Assembly: GCA_014896235.1 (NCBI GenBank)
Contig: JADBKU010000018.1
Coordinates: 13,986 to 77,985 of the forward strand
DNA: 64,000 nucleotides
Source: a bacterium
GTDB lineage: Bacteria > Desulfobacterota > Binatia > Binatales > Binataceae
Direction of reading: 5' to 3'
A program made the position numbers and the translations under genes. How positions within the stretch are numbered: position 1 is the stretch's first letter; each line of letters opens with the position of its first letter. Of this stretch, positions 18,927 through 26,739 are shown piece by piece. Under the pieces are notes generated by a model. The model saw only the letters and a list, made by a program, of their open reading frames with translations. It was not told the DNA's origin and did not search any database.

Positions 18927-19781
18927 ATGAACATGTCCCGCGCAATCGCGCTCGCAGTGGCCGCCGTGCTGGCCGCATCGATCGCGCCGCCAGCGCATGC
19001 GTGGGATTCGCGAACGCATCGCCTGATCACGCGGCTGGCGGTCGACGCGCTGCCCGCGGGATCGCCGCGCGCGACGCTTGCGGCCAACGAAGCGCGACTG
19101 CAGGAGGCGTCGGTCGCGCCGGACGAAGTCTTGCGTCCGCTCTATGGCAAGTCCGAAGCGATCAAGCACTATCTGGATCTCGAATACTACGGCGCCGATC
19201 CCTTCGCGGCGCTCAATCCCGATATTCATGTGATGGAACGGGAGTACGGATGGCGCACGCTGGAGCAATCGGGCACGCTGCCGTGGACGATCGAGGAAGA
19301 GTCGGCCGATCTCGCGAACGCATGGCGCGGCGGCGATTGCGCGAATGCGATCCAGACCGCCGGCTACCTGGCGCATTACGTCGGCGACGCGACCCAGCCG
19401 CTCCATTCGACCACCCACTTCGACGGCTACGCGCAAGATCGCGGCGTCCATCGGCGCTTTGAGAGCGCGGTCGATTACAACGTCTGGCGCATCGAGCAGA
19501 TGGCTCGCCCGGAAGTTCAGCTCGCGCCGATCGTGTCGCCGTGGGACGCGGCTATCGCGGAACTCCGCGAGAGCCATCCGCTGGTACAGGCGGTAATCAA
19601 CGCCGACCGTACGGCGCGCGCGGAAACCGGACTTCGGCGCGGGGCCTATTTCGATCGCGTGTTGATGGCCGAGGAGGCGCCGATGGTCGCGCGCCAGATA
19701 GCGATCGCCGCTTCAACGCTCGGTTCGATCTGGCGATATGAATGGACGCAGGCCGGCCAACCGTCTGCATGCGCGGAATAG
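18927..19781 (+). CDS. Secreted S1/P1-nuclease / zinc phospholipase C superfamily hydrolase
   Basis: Signal peptide (MNMSRAIALAVAAVLAASIAPPAHA). Mature N-terminus WDSRTH carries the Zn-ligand W1/H6. HYVGDATQPLH closely matches the P1 nuclease HFIGDMTQPLH Zn-binding signature. The upstream gene's stop overlaps the alternative TTG start at 18906. Confidence 0.6.
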   Translation: MNMSRAIALAVAAVLAASIAPPAHAWDSRTHRLITRLAVDALPAGSPRATLAANEARLQEASVAPDEVLRPLYGKSEAIKHYLDLEYYGADPFAALNPDIHVMEREYGWRTLEQSGTLPWTIEEESADLANAWRGGDCANAIQTAGYLAHYVGDATQPLHSTTHFDGYAQDRGVHRRFESAVDYNVWRIEQMARPEVQLAPIVSPWDAAIAELRESHPLVQAVINADRTARAETGLRRGAYFDRVLMAEEAPMVARQIAIAASTLGSIWRYEWTQAGQPSACAE

Positions 19782-19888
19782 TCGCGCGCTTCTGGACCGG
19801 CCGGGCGACGGTTAGAATATCAGTGGACGGATAGCGCGGTTGAGAACGTAAATCGCGCCGCCGCATCGGATTGGAAATTTTGGCGCTG

Positions 19889-20422
19889 ATGGACTGGTGG
19901 ACCCGGAAAGACGACGATCGGCCGCGGCCGACCCGCGGCGATATTCGCCCGTCGGTGAGCGAAATCACCGGCTATCTGCTGGTCGGCGAATACCCGCGCG
20001 TCGCCGATATCGAATGGCTCAAGCGCGAGCATCGCATAACCGCGATCCACAATCTTCAGGACGACGAGGATTTGCGCATCAACGCGCTCGATATCGCCGC
20101 GCTCGAAGCGGCCGCCGCCCGGCACGGAATCGCGTATACGCGCACGCCCATCCATGACGGCAGTTCCGACGATGTCGCGCGCAGGCTGGAAGCGGCGCTG
20201 GCGGACTTGCACGCGCTGGTCGCCGGCGAGCGGCGCGTATATCTGCACTGCAACGCCGGCTTGAATCGCGCGCCGACGCTCGCGATCGCATACTTGCGAG
20301 CCTATCGCGGAATGTCGCTCGAAGAGGCGCTGGCGCTGGTCAAAGCGCGGCGCGCATGCGGGCCGTTCATGACCGTGCTCGAAAATCATTTCGGTCCGCG
20401 CCACCTCAAACCCTCAGCGTAG
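19889..20422 (+). CDS. Dual-specificity (Cys-based) protein/lipid phosphatase, CX5R type
   Basis: VYLHCNAGLNRAPT matches the HC(X)5R(S/T) P-loop of DSP/PTP-fold phosphatases. 177 aa. Confidence 0.7.
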   Translation: MDWWTRKDDDRPRPTRGDIRPSVSEITGYLLVGEYPRVADIEWLKREHRITAIHNLQDDEDLRINALDIAALEAAAARHGIAYTRTPIHDGSSDDVARRLEAALADLHALVAGERRVYLHCNAGLNRAPTLAIAYLRAYRGMSLEEALALVKARRACGPFMTVLENHFGPRHLKPSA

Positions 20423-20440
20423 CCGGCCGCGGCGCCGCAG

Positions 20441-21166
20441 ATGGCGAGTCAACGGATTCTCCGCGGATGCGCATGGGGCGTTCATCTACTGACCGCGTCG
20501 GGCGCGGCGGCGGGGTTGATAGCGATCGACCGCACGACGCGCGCGGACTGGCGCGGCGCGTTTATCGCGATGGCGGTCGCGGTCGCGATCGATTCTTTCG
20601 ACGGGCCGCTGGCCCGCGCGCTTCGCGTACGCGAACGCATCCCCGTCTTCGACGGCGCGACGCTCGACAATATCGTGGACTATCTCAATTACGTCGCGGT
20701 TCCCGCCTTCCTGATGCTGCGGGCGAAGCTGCTGCCGGCGGGAAACGTCGGAACGATACTCGCCGCGTTCGTGATGATCGCGAGCGCATACGGCTTCAGC
20801 CGGACCGACGCGAAGACCGAGGACAACTACTTCCGCGGCTTCCCGTCTTACTGGAACCTGGTCGCGCTCTATATTTTCTGCCTCGGATTTTCACGCACGG
20901 CCAACGGCGTCATCGTCGGCGCGCTGGCGCTGATGGTGTTCGTTCCAATCAAATATATTTATCCGAATCGCACCGAGCTGATGCGTCCGCTGACCCTCAC
21001 GCTCGCCGCGATATGGGGCGTCGCCACCGTCGCGATGCTGCCGATGCTGCCGAAACATAACGATCTTCTGCTTTACACCTCGCTCGCCTTCGTCGTTTAC
21101 TATTTCGCGATGTCATTCGCCCTTCACGTTCATCCGGCGCGCGTCGCCGCTCGCCGTCCGCGTTAG
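20441..21166 (+). CDS. pcs: CDP-alcohol phosphatidyltransferase, phosphatidylcholine synthase (Pcs)-type
   Basis: DSFDGPLARALRVRERIPVFDGATLDNIVD fits DG(X)2AR(X)12G(X)3D(X)3D, the extended-spacing variant reported for Pcs (the classical CDP-OH motif has X8). 241 aa with multiple TM helices, the same length as rhizobial Pcs. Confidence 0.55.
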   Translation: MASQRILRGCAWGVHLLTASGAAAGLIAIDRTTRADWRGAFIAMAVAVAIDSFDGPLARALRVRERIPVFDGATLDNIVDYLNYVAVPAFLMLRAKLLPAGNVGTILAAFVMIASAYGFSRTDAKTEDNYFRGFPSYWNLVALYIFCLGFSRTANGVIVGALALMVFVPIKYIYPNRTELMRPLTLTLAAIWGVATVAMLPMLPKHNDLLLYTSLAFVVYYFAMSFALHVHPARVAARRPR

Positions 21167-21172
21167 GCCGCG

Positions 21173-22129
21173 ATGTCCGCCACGATCGCCGCCGCGGCAT
21201 GGCTTGAAATCGTCGAAGGACCCGCGCCGATCCTGCTGATTGCGCCGCACGGCGGACGCGCCGGCGCCGCCGCGCGCGCCGCGCTCCATCCGAAAGTGAA
21301 CGACCTCGAGACCGCCGCGATCGCGCGCGAGCTGGCGGACAGGCTCGGCGCCTGCGCGCTGATCAATTCGGCGATGGACCGCAACGAACTGGATTGCAAC
21401 CGGCTCGGGCAATTGGCGGCGCGTGCGCCATGGATGCTCGAATTGATCGCCAGCCGGGTCGAACACATGGCGCGCCGGCGCGGGCGCGCGATCGTGATGC
21501 TGATTCACGGCTGGAACGTGATCGAGCCGCGAGTGGATATCGGCCTCGGGCTGCGCGATCACGGCGCGCACCTCCGTCCGCCCGCCGGAGCCCACGTCAG
21601 CGCGAGCGACGATTTCATCAGCGGTCCTGTATCCGCGATAACCGAGCGGCTTGACCGCGCGGGCATCGCGGCGACCTTCGGGATGCGCTATCCGGGCGGC
21701 GCGCGTCAGAACCTGTTGCAGGCGTTCACGCCGCGCCATCGCGCAAGCGACATTCCGGCCGTTCGGCGGCTCGCCGCGCTCGCGGCCGACGGCGCGGTCG
21801 ACGCGATTCAACTGGAAATGTCGGTCGCGGTGCGGATGCCCGGACCGTTGCGCGCGAAGGGAATCGCGGCGATCGCCGAATCGTTTCGCTTTGCTCATGG
21901 CGATGACCGCGGCTCCCGCCACTGGATCGAAAACATCGAACGGAACTTACGCCGCGCGCGTCGTAATCCGCGAAGCGCCGCCGCGACCCGCGCAGGCCGT
22001 CGCGCCGTCCGCCGTCGCGCCGACCCGGTATGGCGTGGAATTCTTCGACGCCGCCGCAAACGTTGGCGGAATCGCCAGCTTCGATCTCGGCGCGGGCGGC
22101 GCCGGCGGACGGATCATGATTCTGTTTGA
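21173..22129 (+). CDS. N-formylglutamate amidohydrolase (FGase/HutG-like) fold protein; 3' end unresolved
   Basis: LLIAPHGGR matches the FGase family N-terminal motif. After about aa 245 (FRFAHGDDRG) the frame turns Arg-rich with no stop until 22129, while an overlapping frame carries plausible protein sequence from 21897. This points to a frameshift, a fusion, or an unusual overlap. Confidence 0.4.
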   Translation: MSATIAAAAWLEIVEGPAPILLIAPHGGRAGAAARAALHPKVNDLETAAIARELADRLGACALINSAMDRNELDCNRLGQLAARAPWMLELIASRVEHMARRRGRAIVMLIHGWNVIEPRVDIGLGLRDHGAHLRPPAGAHVSASDDFISGPVSAITERLDRAGIAATFGMRYPGGARQNLLQAFTPRHRASDIPAVRRLAALAADGAVDAIQLEMSVAVRMPGPLRAKGIAAIAESFRFAHGDDRGSRHWIENIERNLRRARRNPRSAAATRAGRRAVRRRADPVWRGILRRRRKRWRNRQLRSRRGRRRRTDHDSV

Positions 22130-22916
22130 TCGATGCCGCGCTGCGCTCTTTACCGCCGAAGGACGCCCGCATCATGACGGCGAAACGTTTTCGCTTGGAC
22201 CGCTGCGATTTGCCTGCGACGGCCGCGCCGGCAGCGTGACGTTCGCCGGTCCTGCGATAGTCGTGAACGACGGCGGCGCCTATCTAAGCGTGGAGCACGC
22301 GCTGGCCGGCGGCGCGCTCGATCCCGCGATGCGACTCCGCGCCGCGCTCGCGTTCGAAGAAGACGCGGGGACGCCGGACCTCGTCGCGCCGCCCCCGCGC
22401 TTTGGACGGCTGCAAGGCGCGATTGAAATCGCTGGACGCCGGTTGAATCTGGACGCCGTCGCGCGCGTCGGCGTGTCTGTAACCGGTCTCGGCGCGGGGC
22501 GCTTCGAAATCCGGCGCACCATCTGGGCGCGCTTTGCTTCCGGGAGTCGAATCGCCGCGCTCGAAGTATGCGAAACCGCCGAGCGGAATCAGTCAATTCA
22601 TCGTGATGCGCGAATCCTGACCGAAAACGGATGGCGAACGGCGGAAGTCGGCGCGATCGAACTGACGACGCGCGAGCCCGCCGCGCCGCCCGACCGCATC
22701 GCGGCTTCGATCATCGCGCCGCGCGGCGCGGAGGCGGAGCTGAACGGCGCGGTCAGGAGCTTCATGTCGCTCTCGCGCCCCGGCGCGGACGGCGTACGCA
22801 TCCATACAACGCTCGGCTTCGCCGAGTTCAGTCTGGGCGGAGAACGCGGAGCCGGGATGTTCGAATATTCGCGGGTCGTCGGCCGGCCCGACGCCGCCAT
22901 GGACGAAATTCGATAA
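21897..22916 (+). CDS. Hypothetical protein (Gly/Ala-rich, no recognised domain)
   Basis: Protein-like composition from MAMTAAPATG onward (340 aa). The part of the 21651 ORF upstream of that is Arg-rich artefact. Last gene of the plus-strand operon. Confidence 0.4.
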   Translation: MAMTAAPATGSKTSNGTYAARVVIREAPPRPAQAVAPSAVAPTRYGVEFFDAAANVGGIASFDLGAGGAGGRIMILFDRCRAALFTAEGRPHHDGETFSLGPLRFACDGRAGSVTFAGPAIVVNDGGAYLSVEHALAGGALDPAMRLRAALAFEEDAGTPDLVAPPPRFGRLQGAIEIAGRRLNLDAVARVGVSVTGLGAGRFEIRRTIWARFASGSRIAALEVCETAERNQSIHRDARILTENGWRTAEVGAIELTTREPAAPPDRIAASIIAPRGAEAELNGAVRSFMSLSRPGADGVRIHTTLGFAEFSLGGERGAGMFEYSRVVGRPDAAMDEIR

Positions 22917-22923
22917 GTCGATT

Positions 22924-23865
22924 TCAGCCGGCTTCTTCCGGCGCCGATGAGAGTTGATGCGGTTCGGCCGCGGCGGCCTTGAGCCGCAACGCCACGAGCC
23001 GCGCGAGTTCGTGAAAGTTCTTCGCCAGCGGCGATTCCGGATACGCGCGGATAAAAATCACGCCGCGGTCGCAGCTTTCCGCGAGCCGCGAATCGAACGG
23101 CAGGCGCGCCAGCGTCGCAACCCCGTCCGCGGCCGCCACGGCGGCGAGATCGCCATGCGGCAGCAACGGCCGCACCGAGTGGCATCCCTCGCAGCTGAAG
23201 CCGACCATGTTCTCGACCAGTCCGAGCACGGGGACGGAGCAAAGCCGCGCGATTTCGATCGCGCCGCGCGTCGCGCGCACCGCGAAATCCGACGGCTGCG
23301 TCACTATGATCGCGCCTGCCAACGGCGCGATCCGCGCCAGACGGAAAAGCTGTTCAAGCCCCGGAGCGAGATCGATCAACAGCACGTCCAGCGCGCCAAA
23401 ATTGGTCAGCCCGAGCAATCGGCGCAGCGCGTCATCGTAATCGAGTTCGGCGAGCGCGGACCCGTTGCGGCTCACGGCTTCATGCGCGGCATCGCCGTCA
23501 AGAAAGCTGATAGGGGGCGGCTCGCCGCCGGGCAATAGGCCGCTGGCCGCGATTCGCAGTCCCAGCGGGCCCGCGATCGGCTCGATCGCCTCGCCGGCGA
23601 AGACTCGCCGCGGCGCCTGCAAGCCCAGCATCGCCAGCACGTTCGGCGAATTCAGGTCGGCGTCGAGGATTCCCACCTTTTGGCCGGCCAGCGCCAGCGC
23701 CGCCGCCAGATTGACTGTGACGGCGCTTTTGCCCACGCCGCCCTTCGCGCTCGCGATCGCGACCGCCGCGCGCACGCCGCTCAGGCCAGCACCCGGCGCG
23801 GCCGTTCCGCGCGCGCCGCGGGAATCGCATTCAGCGTCAGCCCGGCGTTCCCTGAAGATCCTCAT
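22924..23865 (-). CDS. apbC: Mrp/NBP35-family Fe-S cluster carrier ATPase
   Basis: Deviant Walker A (SAKGGVGKS), CEGC (CxxC) cluster-binding motif, 313 aa. Confidence 0.8.
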   Translation of the reverse strand: MRIFRERRADAECDSRGARGTAAPGAGLSGVRAAVAIASAKGGVGKSAVTVNLAAALALAGQKVGILDADLNSPNVLAMLGLQAPRRVFAGEAIEPIAGPLGLRIAASGLLPGGEPPPISFLDGDAAHEAVSRNGSALAELDYDDALRRLLGLTNFGALDVLLIDLAPGLEQLFRLARIAPLAGAIIVTQPSDFAVRATRGAIEIARLCSVPVLGLVENMVGFSCEGCHSVRPLLPHGDLAAVAAADGVATLARLPFDSRLAESCDRGVIFIRAYPESPLAKNFHELARLVALRLKAAAAEPHQLSSAPEEAG

Positions 23866-24049
23866 TGCGTTTTAAATCTCGACCGGCGCGGGTTCCGTCC
23901 CCGCCTCCGCGCCAACGCCATCCAATTAAACATGCACGCTTGGCGAAGCCGCGTAAAGCTCCCTCAGCGAGCGGACGCGCGCCGCTGCGCCGGTCAGAGC
24001 GCGCGGAACCGGTTTCGCGGTTCGCGCGCGGGACCGGTTCGCCCGCCGC

Positions 24050-24502
24050 TCAGAGGTTGTCTTCGTCCGCGTCGGTCGAACCGAGCTTGCGATACGTGTT
24101 GCGCTCGTCGTCGAAGCGCCGCTGCGAGCGGGCCTCGCGCTCCTGATCCTGCTGGCAATCGCGGCACAGCCGCGTGAACGGCATCGCCTTCAGCCGCTCC
24201 TCGGCGATCTCCAGTCCGCAGGATTCGCACACGCCGTAGGCGCCCTCTTCGATCCGCGAAAGCGCTTCGTCGATCTGTTTGATCTTCATCCGCTCGCGGT
24301 CGGAAAGGATAAAATTAATCTCGCGATCGCGCTCCTCCGAAGCGAGATCGTAGGTGTCCATGCCCTCGTCCTTGGCGCCTTCGCGTTCGGCCTTGAGCTC
24401 GGAGTCGATCTCTTCATGCAGCTTCGACTTCATTTCGAGCAGATGTTCGCGGAGGTCGGCCAGGAACTTCTTTCGGTTAGCCGCCGTCTTCTGTTTAGGC
24501 AT
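24050..24502 (-). CDS. dksA: DksA/TraR-family C4 zinc-finger transcription factor
   Basis: Coiled-coil N-terminus and CESCG...CRDC C4 zinc finger. 150 aa. Confidence 0.8.
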   Translation of the reverse strand: MPKQKTAANRKKFLADLREHLLEMKSKLHEEIDSELKAEREGAKDEGMDTYDLASEERDREINFILSDRERMKIKQIDEALSRIEEGAYGVCESCGLEIAEERLKAMPFTRLCRDCQQDQEREARSQRRFDDERNTYRKLGSTDADEDNL

Positions 24503-24516
24503 CGCCCGCCACCTTC

Positions 24517-25872
24517 TTAGTTAAGCATCGCTGCGTTAGCCACGGTCGCCTCCAGGTCGTAGCTGCGCGCGCGCTCGATTCGCGCGCGCACAAACTCGCC
24601 CGGTTCGGCGTCGCCCTTCAATATCACCATCCCGTCGATTTCAGGCGCTTGCTGCGGCGTTCGCCCGCGCAATCGCGTGGCGCGCCCTGGCAACGTCCCT
24701 TCCACCAGCACTTCGCACTCGCCGCCGACCAGTTCGCGGTTGCGGCGCAAGGAAATTTCCGCCTGAGCCTCCATCAGCGCGGCGCGGCGTTCGCGCTTGA
24801 TCCGTTCCGGAACCTGCGCCGCCATCGCATAGGCGGGCGTGTTCTCCTCGCGCGAGTAGGTGAATGCGCCGACGCGCTCGAAGCGCTGTTCGCGCACGAA
24901 CTCAAGCAGCCGGGCGAAGGCCGCGTCGTCCTCACCGGGAAAGCCGACGATGAACGACGTGCGGATCGCCACGCCGGGAATTTTCCGCCGAATCCGATCG
25001 AGCAACGCCCGCAGCGCCGCGCCCGACCGCTCGCGCCGCATCGCCCGCAGGATTCCGTCGTCGGCGTGCTGCAGCGGCATATCAATATATTTAACCACTG
25101 TCGGCAATTCCGCGACCGTCTCCAGCAGTTCGTCGGTAACGAAATTCGGATAGCAATAAAGCAGCCGAATCCAGCGTATCCCGTCGACCTCCGCCAGCCG
25201 GCGCAGCAGCGCCGCCAGCGACGACGCCGGGCGCAGGTCGCGCCCGTACGCGGTCAAGTCCTGCGCGATCAGGTTGATTTCGCGCACGCCCGCCGCACTC
25301 ATCGCGCGCGCCTCGGCGACGATATCGTCGGGCGTGCGGCTCTCGTGGCGGCCGCGAATCTTCGGGATTATGCAGAAGGCGCACCGGTGATTGCAGCCTT
25401 CCGAAATCTTCAGGTACGCCGAGAAGAAATTGCCGGTCAGAACGCGTGGCGCGGCAGCCGTGGGCAGCAGGTGGGCCGCGCCGGCATAGGGCGCGCCGAT
25501 CGCTTCGGGCGGGCGGCTACGGCTCAGCAAATCGGGCAGATCGAGGAAATTGCCGGTGCCGACGAAGATGTCCACCTCGGGAAGACGTTCGCGCAGCTCT
25601 GCGCCGTAACGTTGCGCAAGGCATCCGGCGACCACCAGCCGGCGGCCCGCGGCGCGCCGCTTGATTTCGGCGGCGTCGAGAATCGCGTCGAGCGACTCTT
25701 TCTTGGCCGATTCGATAAAGGCGCAGGTGTTCACCACCAGCACCTGCGCGTCGTCAGGATCGAAGGTCAACTCGTAGCCGGCGCCAGCCAGCGCGCCCAT
25801 CATCAACTCGCTGTCCGCAAGATTCTTCGGACAGCCCAGCGTGACGAAATGAACTTTCTCAACAACGGGCAC
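24517..25872 (-). CDS. rimO: Ribosomal protein S12 methylthiotransferase RimO (radical SAM MTTase)
   Basis: VHFVTLGCPKNLADSE MTTase N-domain, radical SAM core, C-terminal TRAM. Start taken at the GTG giving MPVVEKVHF. The ORF extends to 25935 with an alternative start. Confidence 0.8.
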   Translation of the reverse strand: MPVVEKVHFVTLGCPKNLADSELMMGALAGAGYELTFDPDDAQVLVVNTCAFIESAKKESLDAILDAAEIKRRAAGRRLVVAGCLAQRYGAELRERLPEVDIFVGTGNFLDLPDLLSRSRPPEAIGAPYAGAAHLLPTAAAPRVLTGNFFSAYLKISEGCNHRCAFCIIPKIRGRHESRTPDDIVAEARAMSAAGVREINLIAQDLTAYGRDLRPASSLAALLRRLAEVDGIRWIRLLYCYPNFVTDELLETVAELPTVVKYIDMPLQHADDGILRAMRRERSGAALRALLDRIRRKIPGVAIRTSFIVGFPGEDDAAFARLLEFVREQRFERVGAFTYSREENTPAYAMAAQVPERIKRERRAALMEAQAEISLRRNRELVGGECEVLVEGTLPGRATRLRGRTPQQAPEIDGMVILKGDAEPGEFVRARIERARSYDLEATVANAAMLN

Positions 25873-25968
25873 AATTAACAACCCAGGGTCGTATATTCCT
25901 ACCCGCGCGCAACAGGGAGCGCAATCGGGTATCAAAAATGCTTGCGAGCGTGATCGCGGCCGAACCGC

Positions 25969-26685
25969 TCATGCGCCGCCGCCGGAAGTCACGACGTCCG
26001 CGCCGTCGGGCGTCTTGAAGACGAAATCGGCCGGCGTCAGCGCCACATTCTGGCGGATCTCCGAAAAATGGAATTCCGTGCGATTGCCGAGCGCGTCCGC
26101 GATCGTCAGCGTAACGATATTCGAGGTGGACGGATCGACGCCGATTTCAATACGCGGCCCGCCGGCTTTTGGAGTTAGTATAACATGCGATAGCTTATCT
26201 TGAAGCGCGACTTCCGGTTGTGTCGCGGTGAAATCGCGCTCCAGATTACCGGCGCCGAGCAACAGCGCCGCCGCCGCCTGCGCCCGGATCGCGTTCTTCA
26301 GCGGCGTTTCGATAACCTGGTTCAGGCCCGGATCGTAGTCATAGAGCGTCTGACCGTCGCTGACGACGGTTTCGGGCTGCGGCGCGCCGTAATCGAAGCG
26401 GATTCGTCCCGGCCGAAGCCATGACAGCGTTCCGCCGCGATTAAGCGTGGGCGCGCCGGGGCGGGTAATCGTTTCGTTGAATTTTGCCGAAAAAGATCGC
26501 GTTTCCTGGTAATGGCGCTGCAGGCGCGCGAGCAAATCGCGCAATTCCGGCGGCTCGCCGGCGGCGGTGATCGCGGCTGACGCGCGCGGCCCCGCCGTGG
26601 CCGCGATTGCAAGAACGGCAACGCAAGCGATCGTCCGCCAAATCAGCGCGAACCACGAATTCCGAATGGCGTCAGGTTTGATCAC
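25969..26685 (-). CDS. lolA: Outer-membrane lipoprotein carrier protein LolA-like
   Basis: Signal peptide, about 230 aa. Sits immediately downstream of ftsK, as is typical for lolA. LolA-like beta-barrel composition. Confidence 0.55.
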   Translation of the reverse strand: MIKPDAIRNSWFALIWRTIACVAVLAIAATAGPRASAAITAAGEPPELRDLLARLQRHYQETRSFSAKFNETITRPGAPTLNRGGTLSWLRPGRIRFDYGAPQPETVVSDGQTLYDYDPGLNQVIETPLKNAIRAQAAAALLLGAGNLERDFTATQPEVALQDKLSHVILTPKAGGPRIEIGVDPSTSNIVTLTIADALGNRTEFHFSEIRQNVALTPADFVFKTPDGADVVTSGGGA

Positions 26686-26739
26686 GATACAGATTAGGAC
26701 GAAACGCGCGGCGTTTCGATTCGCCAGCGGGCAGGTCGC

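Noticed and set aside
24649-25878. 409-aa plus-strand ORF
   Set aside because: Antisense to rimO.
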